Part shown: piece after piece, positions 18,221 through 27,103 of the stretch
How the letters are laid out: each line of letters begins with the position of its first letter
How positions within the stretch are numbered: the first letter of the stretch is position 1
Assembly: GCA_038106525.1 (NCBI GenBank)
Contig: JAYOEC010000003.1
Coordinates: forward strand, 1-61,701
Reading direction: 5' to 3'
Origin: Minisyncoccota bacterium
Lineage (GTDB): Bacteria > Patescibacteriota > Minisyncoccia > Phycocordibacterales > Phycocordibacteraceae
Length of the DNA stretch: 61,701 nucleotides
Notes under the pieces: model-generated
Database searches by the model: none
What the model was told of the DNA's origin: nothing
The model's input: the letters and a program-made list of their open reading frames with translations, nothing else
Program-made: the position numbers and the translations under genes

Positions 18221-19171
18221 CTACTTTTGAGCTATTAAAATCATTCTTGGCGAATGTACTGTGTACAAGGATTTATCGTAGTTCCCATACACATCCTTCA
18301 CAGAGAAACCAACATTGTGAAGATTGTCAGTTATTTCCTCAAGAGAATACTGGCGATATCTGCCCATGAAATCATCATGGCGTATGAAACGCCATTCATC
18401 GTCCGAAAGACGAGGACGCAGATCAAGCACAAATAATCCTCCAGATGTCAGATTGCGATATACATTCGCTAACACCTTCTGATCATCCTCTTTGTCGTCG
18501 AAGTACCCGAATGAAGAGAAAATAGACAATGCTGCAGTCACAGGTGTAGGGAGTGTGAAATCGCGCATGTCTCCTTGTATGAAGGTTCCAGGTCCTTTAA
18601 GGGATTCTTGAATCATGAAGGTAGAATAATCCACCCCGGTTACCGAGTACCCCTTCTCCGCAAGCGCGTGAGAAATGCGGCCAGTACCGCACCCAACATC
18701 AACGACCGTCCCAACAGGAATTATCGAAGTCAGGAAATCAACTACTTTTGGTGCGCTCGCAATATTAAATGTTGCGTACTTTGGTACATACCTTATGTCA
18801 AATGCTGTTTTCCACCATTCTGGACTAACAAGATTGCTTTTAAAATCAGGTCTGTGGTGGAGAAAGGTGCCAAAAAGATTCATGCAGTCCTTTTGATACT
18901 GCTCAGTAAAAATGATATGAGTGTGCCAGAATTGGTCTACATCGAGAGTCGGTATTTGTTCATTTAATGGATATTTCCAGCACACAAAAAGAAACCCGCG
19001 GTATGTATCGGCCACTTTCTTAGCCCTTTCCTCACTCCAACCAAGCCCGCGCTGTGCAAGGGGGAGTGACACCTTAAGTATGACATCTGACAAATCTAGA
19101 TATCTGAGACGCATTCGCATCTCTTCTTCGGACACTGTCATATCTGGTTTCCAGGTGGGTGAGATTCCCAT
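18221..19171 (-). CDS. GRDP-like (DUF1399-type) domain fused to class I SAM-dependent methyltransferase
   Basis: N-terminal domain carries YRGFLFVCWKY...FWHTHIIFTEQYQKDC...FGTFLHHRP. C-terminal part carries VVDVGCGTGRISHALAEKGYSVTGVDYS (MTase motif I) and FVLDL. Start taken at ATG 19171, 1 nt after the upstream stop; the ORF-track GTG is at 19216. Confidence 0.7.
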   Translation of the reverse strand: MGISPTWKPDMTVSEEEMRMRLRYLDLSDVILKVSLPLAQRGLGWSEERAKKVADTYRGFLFVCWKYPLNEQIPTLDVDQFWHTHIIFTEQYQKDCMNLFGTFLHHRPDFKSNLVSPEWWKTAFDIRYVPKYATFNIASAPKVVDFLTSIIPVGTVVDVGCGTGRISHALAEKGYSVTGVDYSTFMIQESLKGPGTFIQGDMRDFTLPTPVTAALSIFSSFGYFDDKEDDQKVLANVYRNLTSGGLFVLDLRPRLSDDEWRFIRHDDFMGRYRQYSLEEITDNLHNVGFSVKDVYGNYDKSLYTVHSPRMILIAQK

Positions 19172-19172
19172 A

Positions 19173-19469
19173 TTAAAAAGGATTATGGTGCAAATACCTT
19201 CCAAAAACATGATCACAATCTTTCATATATTTCTTAGTGTGCAGAATGTGGGCATGCCAATATTCGTCTATATTTTTTGTTGGGATATGTCCCCCACCGG
19301 AGTATTTCCACGAAACAAATAGAAATCCCCTGTACTGATTTTCGTATTTCAATGCGGTCTTGAGGTCCCACCCGCATCCACCCTTGGCCTTTGGCTTCAT
19401 TAGCCGCTTACGCAAGACTGTAAGGTCAAGGGCTTTGATACGAGATCGTGCAGTACTCTCTGAAATCAT
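19173..19469 (-). CDS. stand-alone GRDP-like (DUF1399-type) domain protein
   Basis: 98-aa ORF and a paralogue of the N-terminal domain of the next gene: YRGFLFVSWKY...YWHAHILHTKKYMKDC...FGRYLHHNP. Confidence 0.65.
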   Translation of the reverse strand: MISESTARSRIKALDLTVLRKRLMKPKAKGGCGWDLKTALKYENQYRGFLFVSWKYSGGGHIPTKNIDEYWHAHILHTKKYMKDCDHVFGRYLHHNPF

Positions 19470-19597
19470 TAGTTACAGTCGCAACCAGGTGCGTCGGGAG
19501 CGTCATCACAAATACCAGTCGTCCCCTCTATGGGAGTACCAGTCCATTCTTTTTCGATAAGCTTATTAGTTTTATGAAACTTTTCATCTTTAGACAT
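19469..19597 (-). CDS. unannotated 42-aa Cys-rich peptide (candidate precursor peptide)
   Basis: Hand translation from ATG (19597) to TAA (19471-19469) gives MSKDEKFHKTNKLIEKEWTGTPIEGTTGICDDAPDAPGCDCN. The stop overlaps the next ATG (TAATG). No strong SD was seen. Confidence 0.4.
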   Translation of the reverse strand: MSKDEKFHKTNKLIEKEWTGTPIEGTTGICDDAPDAPGCDCN

Positions 19598-19660
19598 AGT
19601 TATTTTAGGTTGTAATCTAATAATTTCTACCTATTCATCCGAACCGTAAAGTAAGCGGGC

Positions 19661-19686
19661 AAATAAAAATGCGCAATGATTGCGCA
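19661..19686 (-). terminator. intrinsic terminator downstream of dnaJ
   Basis: Minus strand reads TGCGCAA-TCA-TTGCGCA, a hairpin followed by TTTTTATTT. It lies about 115 nt after the dnaJ stop. Confidence 0.5.
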
Positions 19687-19799
19687 AATAAAACTCAATA
19701 CATGGTCGGTCGGCCGCGACCACCCACTATCAGAAACAGCCGCGTAGGCTAGTTTCATGTCTCCAGTGTAGTGCTACTAGCAAAGCTGTCAAGTACAGA

Positions 19800-20867
19800 T
19801 TATATTCCCTCCGCTCGCAGCTTATCAATTAATTCTGCTGCTGACTTCGAGAGCTTGTGCGGAAATGCGACAACGACCCGCACCAAAAGATCTCCTCGCT
19901 TCGAGCCTCCCATAGGAACGCCTCTTCCTTTTACTCGAATGATCTCGTCCGGAGAACGGAGCGGGGGGATCTCAACCGACACCGGTCCTTCAATGGTCTC
20001 AAGCTGGTAGCTTGCTCCCAAGAGCGCATCTGTCACCTTTATCGGCAAATCGGTGACAATGTGCACGCCTTCCTTCCTAAACCGCGCGTCAGGTTTGACA
20101 TGGACCTTAATGTACAGGTCACCCGATTTGCCGCCCTGGACCGCCTCACCCATACCACCCATACGAATGACGGCACCGTTGTCGATGCCGGCGGGGACTG
20201 CAATAACCACTTCCTCCTCAGAACGCACGACACCGGAACCTCGGCACTTCGTACAAGATCTTTCAGGAACAGTTTTTTTGCCGAGACAAGTACTACAGGT
20301 TCTTGAAACTGAAAAAGTTCCGAACGGCGACCGCTGTGACTCAACCACCGATCCCTTTCCATTACAGGTTGGGCAGGTTTTTTGAGTCGTCCCCGGCTCC
20401 GATCCAGAACCTGCACAACTGCCACACGGGTTATCCTTGCTTATAAGAACTCTCCGCTCAATGCCAAATATTGATTCCTTAAATGGGATCTCAATATCAA
20501 TGGATACATCTCTCCCTCGGCGCTCACGACCACGACCGCCAAACATGTCAGAAAATCCGCCGAACAGATCGTCAATGTTGATCTCGAACCCTTGACCACC
20601 AAAGCCACCAAACTGTGAAAAGTCGAAACCGTCAAACCCGCCTCCAGGACCAGCACCGGCAAATGTTTTGCCGTACGCGTCATATTCGGCTCGCTTCTTG
20701 TCATCTGAAAGCACTGCGTAGGCCTCGCTGATCTCTTTGAACTTTCGCTCATCGCCGCCTGCCTTATCCGGATGATACTTGTGTGCAAGCTTCCGAAATG
20801 CTTTCTTTATGTCGTCCTTTGACGCTCTTTTATCTACGCCGAGGAGTTGGTAGTAGTCAACAGACAT
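19800..20867 (-). CDS. dnaJ: chaperone DnaJ
   Basis: J domain (YYQLLGV...HKYHPDK), G/F-rich linker, four CxxCxG(x)G-type zinc motifs and a C-terminal substrate-binding domain. Confidence 0.95.
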   Translation of the reverse strand: MSVDYYQLLGVDKRASKDDIKKAFRKLAHKYHPDKAGGDERKFKEISEAYAVLSDDKKRAEYDAYGKTFAGAGPGGGFDGFDFSQFGGFGGQGFEINIDDLFGGFSDMFGGRGRERRGRDVSIDIEIPFKESIFGIERRVLISKDNPCGSCAGSGSEPGTTQKTCPTCNGKGSVVESQRSPFGTFSVSRTCSTCLGKKTVPERSCTKCRGSGVVRSEEEVVIAVPAGIDNGAVIRMGGMGEAVQGGKSGDLYIKVHVKPDARFRKEGVHIVTDLPIKVTDALLGASYQLETIEGPVSVEIPPLRSPDEIIRVKGRGVPMGGSKRGDLLVRVVVAFPHKLSKSAAELIDKLRAEGI

Positions 20868-22724
20868 TTATGATGATTGTGCATTGCCATCAGGTTGGCT
20901 ACCTGGTTCAGGGCTTTGAGCATTTCCTTGCTGAGCTGATGCTCCGATTGCCTGCATCTCTCTTGATAAGGTCTCGGTTGCAGACCGAATGCGAGCGGTA
21001 TCACCGGTCTCGCGTGCCTGCTTCAGCGCGTCTATCGCTCCCTGGACCGTAGTTCGAACAGTATCAGTAACGGTATCTTTATGATCAATCAGGGACTTTT
21101 CGGCAGTATAGATGAGCGAATCCGCAGCATTCCGCGCCTCAGCGAGCTCCCGTGCCGCCTTGTCCTGATCGGCGTGTGCATCAGCATCCTTCTTCATCCG
21201 TTCTATATCGGCATCAGAAAGCCCCGAGCGAGCCTCAATGCGTACCGATTGCTCCTTTCCTGTTGCCTTGTCTTTAGCGGTAACCTTCAATATGCCGTTT
21301 GCGTCTACATCGAATACCACTTCGACTTGCGGCATGCCACGCGGTGCTGGCGGTATTCCGTCGAGATGGAATCTGCCCAATGTCTTATTATCCCCCGCCA
21401 TAGCGCGCTCACCCTGGACAATATGTATTTCAACCGATGTCTGATTGTCAGCTGCGGTTGAAAATACTTGTGATTTCGAAGTCGGAATTGTGGTGTTCCT
21501 CTCAATTAACTTGGTCGCCACGCCGCCCATGGTCTCGATCCCCAGCGAAAGCGGTATAACATCAAGGAGAAGCACATCTTTAACATCGCCTTGCAAGATG
21601 CCAGCTTGAATTGCAGCTCCAACCGCAACCACTTCGTCTGGATTGATGCTCCGATTTGGTTCTTTGTTGAAAAGCGCCTTTACAGCATCCTGGATGGCAG
21701 GCATGCGTGTCTGTCCTCCGACCATAACCACCTCTTCAATATCTGAGGCTTTCATTTGCGCAGATTCGAGCACTTGTTTGGTGATTGCGATGGAACGGTC
21801 AACAAACTCGCGCGCGAGCTCCTCAAGAGTCGCGCGAGACAACTTCATGAGGAGGTGTCGTGGGCCACTCGTGTCTGATGCAATAAACGGAATGTTTATT
21901 TCTGTTTCGAGTGTTGTAGAGAGCTCATGCTTTGCCTTCTCGGCAGCCTCGTCGAGGCGCTGAAGCGCAAGCGGATCTTTAGACACATCAATGCCTGACT
22001 CCTTTTTGAAATTCTCTGCGATCCAGCGGACAATCTTTTGATCAATATCGCGACCACCCATATGGCTGTCTCCGCCGGTCGACTTTACTTCGATAACATC
22101 GTCACCAACTTCGAGGACAGACACATCAAAGGTGCCTCCGCCAAAATCGTAAACAACAATCTGTTCATTCTTCCGTTTATTAAAACCATACGCAAGCGCC
22201 GCCGCAGTCGGTTCGTTAATGATTCTTTTTACATCAAGTCCGGCAATCTTCCCCGCATTTTTCGTTGCCTGACGTTGTGCGTCATCAAAGTACGCTGGGA
22301 CCGTGATAATTGCCTCGGTAATCGGTTCACCGATTTTTGCCTCAGCATCACTCTTCAGCTTTTGCAATATCATTGCCGAGACTTCTTCGGGCGAGTAGGC
22401 TGTCCCCCCGAGCGTGACAGAAACCGCGCCTCCTTGTCCTTCGCCAATCTTATACGGAACGATGACCATGTCCTTTTGCACCGCCGGATCGCTCAATTGA
22501 TGACCCATGAAGCGCTTGATTCCGTAAATGGTGTTGGTTGGGTTGGTGACTGCTTGTCGCTTTGCAATGAGGCCCACCAGCCGCTCACCGGTTTTTGAAA
22601 TGGCAACGACAGACGGAGTGGTGCGATTGCCTTCCGCATTTTCAATAATCCGCGGCTCGCCCGCCTCAACAATAGCAACTGCAGAGTTAGTGGTGCCAAG
22701 ATCAATACCAAGAATTTTTCCCAT
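20868..22724 (-). CDS. dnaK: chaperone DnaK (Hsp70)
   Basis: 618-aa ORF with [19 protein letters not shown] and VGGQTRMP Hsp70 signatures. Confidence 0.95.
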   Translation of the reverse strand: MGKILGIDLGTTNSAVAIVEAGEPRIIENAEGNRTTPSVVAISKTGERLVGLIAKRQAVTNPTNTIYGIKRFMGHQLSDPAVQKDMVIVPYKIGEGQGGAVSVTLGGTAYSPEEVSAMILQKLKSDAEAKIGEPITEAIITVPAYFDDAQRQATKNAGKIAGLDVKRIINEPTAAALAYGFNKRKNEQIVVYDFGGGTFDVSVLEVGDDVIEVKSTGGDSHMGGRDIDQKIVRWIAENFKKESGIDVSKDPLALQRLDEAAEKAKHELSTTLETEINIPFIASDTSGPRHLLMKLSRATLEELAREFVDRSIAITKQVLESAQMKASDIEEVVMVGGQTRMPAIQDAVKALFNKEPNRSINPDEVVAVGAAIQAGILQGDVKDVLLLDVIPLSLGIETMGGVATKLIERNTTIPTSKSQVFSTAADNQTSVEIHIVQGERAMAGDNKTLGRFHLDGIPPAPRGMPQVEVVFDVDANGILKVTAKDKATGKEQSVRIEARSGLSDADIERMKKDADAHADQDKAARELAEARNAADSLIYTAEKSLIDHKDTVTDTVRTTVQGAIDALKQARETGDTARIRSATETLSREMQAIGASAQQGNAQSPEPGSQPDGNAQSS

Positions 22725-22749
22725 GGTTCTTTGTTATCTAATAATCTAC

Positions 22750-23274
22750 TTACGCTTCGAAATGAAATACTGATACGCGCGCTGGCCGTATCACTGCGCT
22801 GTCCAGCAGGTACCCGCTTTGGAGCGCAGAGGCAATAGTATTATCCTCCTCCTTCGAAGTTGTTGCAACTACCTGCATGGGTTCATGTCGTTCAGGGTCA
22901 AATCGTTCACCAGTTTGAGGCGTATACCGCAAAACGCCGTGGCGCTGAAGAGCGGCCTCAAGCTGTCTAACAATCGGAGCAATATCGGATGCGCCAGACG
23001 CCGCAGCTGCCTCAAGCGAGTCGAATACAGCTACCACCTCTGTGATGATGCGGGCCATACCCGTTCGCAATGCGCTTGCCTCCGCCTCACGCATCCTCCG
23101 CTGCAAGTTAACAAAATCAGCTTTCGTTCGCTGCCATCCTGCGAGATTTTCACCGCACTCAGCTTCGGTGCGCTTCAACTTTTCTCGCAGCTCCTTATTT
23201 TTATGCTGGAGGGAAGCTGTATTGCCCTCCCCGTCCTCTTCCTCAAGGACGACATCATGTATATCATCCTGCAT
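22750..23274 (-). CDS. grpE: nucleotide exchange factor GrpE
   Basis: Coiled-coil N-terminus and C-terminal GYLLDSAVIRPARV GrpE motif. The ORF-track start (23295) is a TTG inside the predicted promoter, so the first ATG (23274) was used. Confidence 0.9.
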   Translation of the reverse strand: MQDDIHDVVLEEEDGEGNTASLQHKNKELREKLKRTEAECGENLAGWQRTKADFVNLQRRMREAEASALRTGMARIITEVVAVFDSLEAAAASGASDIAPIVRQLEAALQRHGVLRYTPQTGERFDPERHEPMQVVATTSKEEDNTIASALQSGYLLDSAVIRPARVSVFHFEA

Positions 23275-23283
23275 AGTGTACAC

Positions 23284-23313
23284 AGTATAGACCAACCCGA
23301 TTTATAAAGTCAA
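23284..23313 (-). promoter_or_regulatory. candidate promoter of grpE-dnaK-dnaJ
   Basis: Minus strand reads TTGACT-N18-TATACT, with the -10 ending 9 nt before ATG 23274. Confidence 0.4.
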
Positions 23314-23340
23314 AAAACACCATTCTGATAGAACCAGGGT

Positions 23341-23455
23341 AGAGTAGGTGTCAGAAATTTAGCGTTTACTCCACCTACTGCCTGCTTCGCAAAGCTCAGC
23401 AACGGCCGTTCCCTAGGGACCGGAGTAAACGCTAAACTGTTAGCGTTTACTCCAC
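23341..23455 (-). repeat. three-arm repeat / nested hairpins between rpsI and grpE
   Basis: The 15-17 nt element TTAGCGTTTACTCCAC occurs at 23358-23374 and 23440-23455 (the last codons of rpsI). Its exact inverse GGAGTAAACGCTAAA is at 23422-23436. There is also AGTAGGTG/CACCTACT (23343-23350/23372-23379), and 10-bp palindromes TCCCTAGGGA and AACGGCCGTT lie between them. Confidence 0.8.
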
Positions 23456-23832
23456 TGCGGGCTCTTGCGCGCCTTCTTGAGGCCTGGCTTTCGTCGCTCT
23501 TTAGCTCGCGGATCTCGCTTAAGAAAACCTGATTTTTTCAGCTCCGATCGAAGTTCCTTGTTACCCTCCTCAATTGCGCGTGCAATACCATGACGAACCG
23601 CAGCTGCCTGCGCCGAAATGCCTCCACCACGGACCACGACAGTCACCGCAAGCTGCTCCCCTGCAACCTTGAGCGGGGAAAGCGCAACATGCACCAGTTC
23701 CGGAACTGCGAAGTACGCATCCGCCTGCTTTCCGTTTACGATAACTGATTGTTTTGCAGCAGGTACGATACGGACTCGCGCAGACGCTGTTTTGCGACGG
23801 CCCACTGCTTCGATGTACTTGGTAGACGCCAT
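23440..23832 (-). CDS. rpsI: 30S ribosomal protein S9
   Basis: 130-aa ORF with GGGISAQAAAVRHGIARAI and C-terminal ...KKARKSPQWSKR, typical of S9. Confidence 0.95.
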   Translation of the reverse strand: MASTKYIEAVGRRKTASARVRIVPAAKQSVIVNGKQADAYFAVPELVHVALSPLKVAGEQLAVTVVVRGGGISAQAAAVRHGIARAIEEGNKELRSELKKSGFLKRDPRAKERRKPGLKKARKSPQWSKR

Positions 23833-23839
23833 AGAATGA

Positions 23840-24193
23840 TTAATCAGAAATAATAACGCGTTTCAGCATCCCTGGACGAAGCTTGTTGTTCGGAAGCATG
23901 CCACGAATTGCACGGCGAAGTCCCTCGCGATAGCCACGACGGGCCGACAGCGCAGCGAGATTCTCGATCTTTAGCCCTCCCTGGTAGCCAGAATAGCTCT
24001 TGTACACTGTTGACTGTTGTTTTTTTTCAGTAAGCGAAAGCTTTGCAGCATTTACAATAATTACTTTGGTGTTCGGCGTCTTGTAACGAACGAAATCAGC
24101 GCGATTCTTCCCCATGAGGTATGTTGCAGCCTCAGCCGCCACTCTTCCAAGTTTTTTGCCCTTCGCATCAATGGTGTAGGTGGTGGTATTCAT
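23840..24193 (-). CDS. rplM: 50S ribosomal protein L13 (short form)
   Basis: 117-aa ORF with KKLGRVAAEAATYLMGKN and GMLPNNKL L13 motifs. Sits upstream of rpsI as in the conserved L13-S9 operon. Confidence 0.9.
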   Translation of the reverse strand: MNTTTYTIDAKGKKLGRVAAEAATYLMGKNRADFVRYKTPNTKVIIVNAAKLSLTEKKQQSTVYKSYSGYQGGLKIENLAALSARRGYREGLRRAIRGMLPNNKLRPGMLKRVIISD

Positions 24194-24196
24194 ATG

Positions 24197-24550
24197 CTAG
24201 ACGAATTCAATAAGTGCCTTTGCGCGCGCGTCAGACGACTTCTTAAATACTTTGGTAACACGGGTATAACCGCCGCGGCGCGATTCATATCGAGGAGCAA
24301 GAGTATCGATCAACTTGCGTGCGAGCTTCTCCCGATTTCCGAGGCGGGCAACAAGTAACCGTCTGGTAGCAAGGGTCGGCTTTTTTGCAGCAGTAACGAG
24401 TGGCTCTACAAATCCACGGAGTTCCTTTGCACGAGCCTCGGTGGTCAAGATGCGTTCCTTAAGAATCAGCGCCTCAGCAAGCGAAGTTACCAGTGCCTTG
24501 CGCTGGTCGCGCTTTCTGCCGAATTTGCGATTGGTATTATGGTGCCGCAT
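24197..24550 (-). CDS. rplQ: 50S ribosomal protein L17
   Basis: 117-aa ORF with the MRHHNTNRKFGRKRDQRKAL N-terminus typical of L17. Follows rpoA. Confidence 0.95.
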   Translation of the reverse strand: MRHHNTNRKFGRKRDQRKALVTSLAEALILKERILTTEARAKELRGFVEPLVTAAKKPTLATRRLLVARLGNREKLARKLIDTLAPRYESRRGGYTRVTKVFKKSSDARAKALIEFV

Positions 24551-24552
24551 AA

Positions 24553-25500
24553 TTACTCAGCTTTCTTAAGCGAAAGGCCCTTGTGAGAGAGCGCTTGTTT
24601 GATCTCGTCTACCGCTTTCTGCCCGATCCCCTCGATTTCGAGCAAATCCTCTGCTGATTTGCGCACTAACCCACCAAGCGTCCTGATTGAGGCGTCGGTG
24701 AGCGCGTTCATGGTCCGCGTCGTAAGCTCGAGGTCCTCAACACGAATCTTCATTGCATCCCCTGTCTCAGCAAGAACAGGGCCAGTATCGGTATCAAGAG
24801 CTGGCTCCTCTTCCTTAAAGCCAACGATGGCTTTGAGCTGCTGAATCATAATGCTAATTGATCGCTCGAGCGCTTCACGCGGTGAGAGCGTCCCGTCAGT
24901 CTCGATAGAAATACGCAACCGATTGAAGTTCGTCTTATCACCGACACGCATATTTTCAACTTCGTAAAATGCTCGACGAATAGGCGTAAAAGTCGCATCG
25001 AGTGCAATGGTTCCGATATCAGCACGTTCCTTCTGAAGCTGCTCCTTAGGGACATAGCCGAGACCAGTGTCTACCATGAGCTCAACCTCAATCGAGGCGC
25101 TCTTGTCTGTAAGCTCGGCGATGTGTTGGTCTGGGTTTAGGATTTCGACCTGCGACGGCGATTCTATGTCGCCAGCAGTTACATTTGCAACACCCTTTGC
25201 CTTCAAAGTAAGCGTATGCGGCTGACCGTCGATGATGCGAATACGAACTTTCTTAAGATTCAGAATAATGCCGATGACATCCTCCTTGACTCCCTGAATA
25301 GTTGAAAACTCATGCGATACACCGTCAATCTTTACACTGATGATTGCAGCTCCAGGAATCGAGGAGAGAATGATCCTGCGCAAACTGTTTCCAAGAGTAT
25401 GCCCATACCCCGGGTAAAATCCATCAATCTCATACACACCCTCCGTACCGTCTTCAGAGACGACACGCGGCTTTGATGGGAGAAGAATTGAGTAGTCCAT
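24553..25500 (-). CDS. rpoA: DNA-directed RNA polymerase alpha subunit
   Basis: 315-aa ORF with GYGHTLGNSLRRILLSS-type N-terminal motif and C-terminal LELTTRTMNAL (alpha-CTD HhH). Confidence 0.95.
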   Translation of the reverse strand: MDYSILLPSKPRVVSEDGTEGVYEIDGFYPGYGHTLGNSLRRIILSSIPGAAIISVKIDGVSHEFSTIQGVKEDVIGIILNLKKVRIRIIDGQPHTLTLKAKGVANVTAGDIESPSQVEILNPDQHIAELTDKSASIEVELMVDTGLGYVPKEQLQKERADIGTIALDATFTPIRRAFYEVENMRVGDKTNFNRLRISIETDGTLSPREALERSISIMIQQLKAIVGFKEEEPALDTDTGPVLAETGDAMKIRVEDLELTTRTMNALTDASIRTLGGLVRKSAEDLLEIEGIGQKAVDEIKQALSHKGLSLKKAE

Positions 25501-25538
25501 AACACAATCGTTAGTACTCTTTTAATGACTAATGTATT

Positions 25539-26144
25539 TTAGCGAGTGTAATATTCAAACACTGCGCCAAAATCAACAACAGAGTCCTGCGTTCCCCACT
25601 GCGGGGCAGCATGCAGGACACACTCCCTCTTTTCTGCATCGCAGGCAATCCAGCTCGGGGGGCGATGCTCCTTCAGGCGTTCGTCAATCTGAAACAGGGC
25701 GCTCGAACGACTCCCATCACGGAGCCGAACAGTATCGCCAACGGCAAGGCGATAGGATGGGATCGTCACGCGCCTGTTATTGATCTCAAAATGTCCGTGC
25801 GCCGCAAGCTGCCGCGCTGCGCGTCGAGTGGATGCAAAGCCGGCACGGTAGAGTACTGAATCAAGGCGGGATTCAAGGTTTGAAAAAAGATGCTGTGTCG
25901 GATTTTCCCCGCTCGCAAGTGCGGCCTTTACATAGGAAGAGAACTGCCGTTCCGTGAGCGAATAGGTTAGGCGCAGCTTCTGCTTTTCAAGAAGCTGACG
26001 ATTAAAGTCCGAGCTGCTCTTCCGTTTACCTCCGCTTTTTTGGTCAGCCCGCTGTGCGGAAAGAGAAAATGATTTGGTCTGGCACTGTTCAAAGACATGT
26101 GCACCGAGTCGTTTACAGATTTTGTACTTTGGTCCGATACGCAT
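25539..26144 (-). CDS. rpsD: 30S ribosomal protein S4
   Basis: 201-aa ORF with RLDSVLYRAGFASTRRAARQL (S4 RNA-binding domain). Position is conserved. Confidence 0.95.
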   Translation of the reverse strand: MRIGPKYKICKRLGAHVFEQCQTKSFSLSAQRADQKSGGKRKSSSDFNRQLLEKQKLRLTYSLTERQFSSYVKAALASGENPTQHLFSNLESRLDSVLYRAGFASTRRAARQLAAHGHFEINNRRVTIPSYRLAVGDTVRLRDGSRSSALFQIDERLKEHRPPSWIACDAEKRECVLHAAPQWGTQDSVVDFGAVFEYYTR

Positions 26145-26155
26145 AGTGGTAGTGA

Positions 26156-26590
26156 TTAGACGCGTCGTGGCTTAGGAGGCCGCGGACCATTGTGCGGAAC
26201 CGGCGTTACATCGTGGATCGAGAGAATCTGAATCCCCTTCCCTGCAAATGAACGAAGCGCGGATTCGCGACCAGATCCGACCCCCTTAATATACACATCC
26301 GCCTCCTTGAGGCCGATGGTTGAGGCCTTTTCACCGATTACCTCACCGACCTTGGCAGCCGCAAAGGGTGTTGCCTTACGATTGCCGGTAAATCCGAGAG
26401 AGCCAGCTGAAGACCACATGACGGTTGCTCCGCCTTCATCTGTTAAAGTCAACTTGGTATTGTTAAATGTCGATTCGATATGCAAAATAGCTCGCTCAAT
26501 CTTGCGCTTTGCAACCTTTGAAAGAGCGCGATCCCGCTTTCCAGAATCGACACCTCCTCCCTGCATTTTGTTAACTCGTTTCTTTCCCAT
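26156..26590 (-). CDS. rpsK: 30S ribosomal protein S11
   Basis: 144-aa ORF with HIESTFNNT and GSGRESALRSF...I..I.DVTP.PHNG S11 motifs. Confidence 0.95.
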   Translation of the reverse strand: MGKKRVNKMQGGGVDSGKRDRALSKVAKRKIERAILHIESTFNNTKLTLTDEGGATVMWSSAGSLGFTGNRKATPFAAAKVGEVIGEKASTIGLKEADVYIKGVGSGRESALRSFAGKGIQILSIHDVTPVPHNGPRPPKPRRV

Positions 26591-26596
26591 AGGATT

Positions 26597-26977
26597 CTAG
26601 GTTTTTTCAAGCTTACGGCGACCGCTGCCCATGGTCTTACGGACATTACCGCGAACGGTCCTCGAATTCGTTTTGGTGCGCTGCCCACGGGTCGGCAACC
26701 CTTTGGCGTGGCGAGTTCCTCGGTAGGCCTTAATATCCTTTAGCCGCTTGATGTTTGAGGACACCTCGCGGCGGAGGTCTCCCTCAATCGGGAACGCCTC
26801 AATCAAGGTTCTAATTCTGGTCTCCTCGTCTGCAGTAATATCTTTTGCTTTCTTTGTCGGTTCAACTTTTGCTTCAGCAAGAATCTCTGATGCGCGCGCT
26901 CGTCCAATACCGTACAGTGCCGTAAGGGCAAAAATGATCTGCTTCTGTTCTGGAAGTGTAATTCCTGCTACACGCAT
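26597..26977 (-). CDS. rpsM: 30S ribosomal protein S13
   Basis: 126-aa ORF with MRVAGITLPEQK...ALTALYGIG and RGQRTKTNSRT motifs. Confidence 0.95.
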   Translation of the reverse strand: MRVAGITLPEQKQIIFALTALYGIGRARASEILAEAKVEPTKKAKDITADEETRIRTLIEAFPIEGDLRREVSSNIKRLKDIKAYRGTRHAKGLPTRGQRTKTNSRTVRGNVRKTMGSGRRKLEKT

Positions 26978-26983
26978 AGTACT

Positions 26984-27100
26984 TTACCCTTGTCGCGCCT
27001 TACGGCGCGGATTCTTTTTGTTGATACGGAAGATGCGACCGCGGCGACGAACCAAAATGTCGCCAGCCTGCTGCTTCTTTACTGATGCCCGTACCTTCAT
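26984..27100 (-). CDS. rpmJ: 50S ribosomal protein L36 (Cys-less, non-zinc form)
   Basis: Not in the ORF track. Hand translation gives [38 protein letters not shown] (38 aa). Lies between infA and rpsM as expected. Confidence 0.85.
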   Translation of the reverse strand: MKVRASVKKQQAGDILVRRRGRIFRINKKNPRRKARQG

Positions 27101-27103
27101 GTA

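Noticed and set aside
19360-19560. 66-aa plus-strand ORF
   Set aside because: It is antisense to the GRDP-like gene and to the 42-aa peptide ORF. It has no start context and an Arg-rich translation.
19598-19660. Dedicated promoter for the small-peptide cassette
   Set aside because: Only weak -35/-10 combinations are present (for example TTCGGA-17-TTAGAT). A TAAAAT hexamer lies 4 nt from the ATG, which is too close. I could not support a promoter call, so transcription may come from terminator read-through or from a non-canonical promoter.
23358-23455. CIRCE/HrcA operator upstream of grpE-dnaK-dnaJ
   Set aside because: The arms begin with TTAGC but read TTAGCGTTTACTCC / GGAGTAAACGCTAA, not TTAGCACTC-N9-GAGTGCTAA. 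The spacings (4 nt and about 48 nt) do not fit CIRCE, and no hrcA is present in the window.
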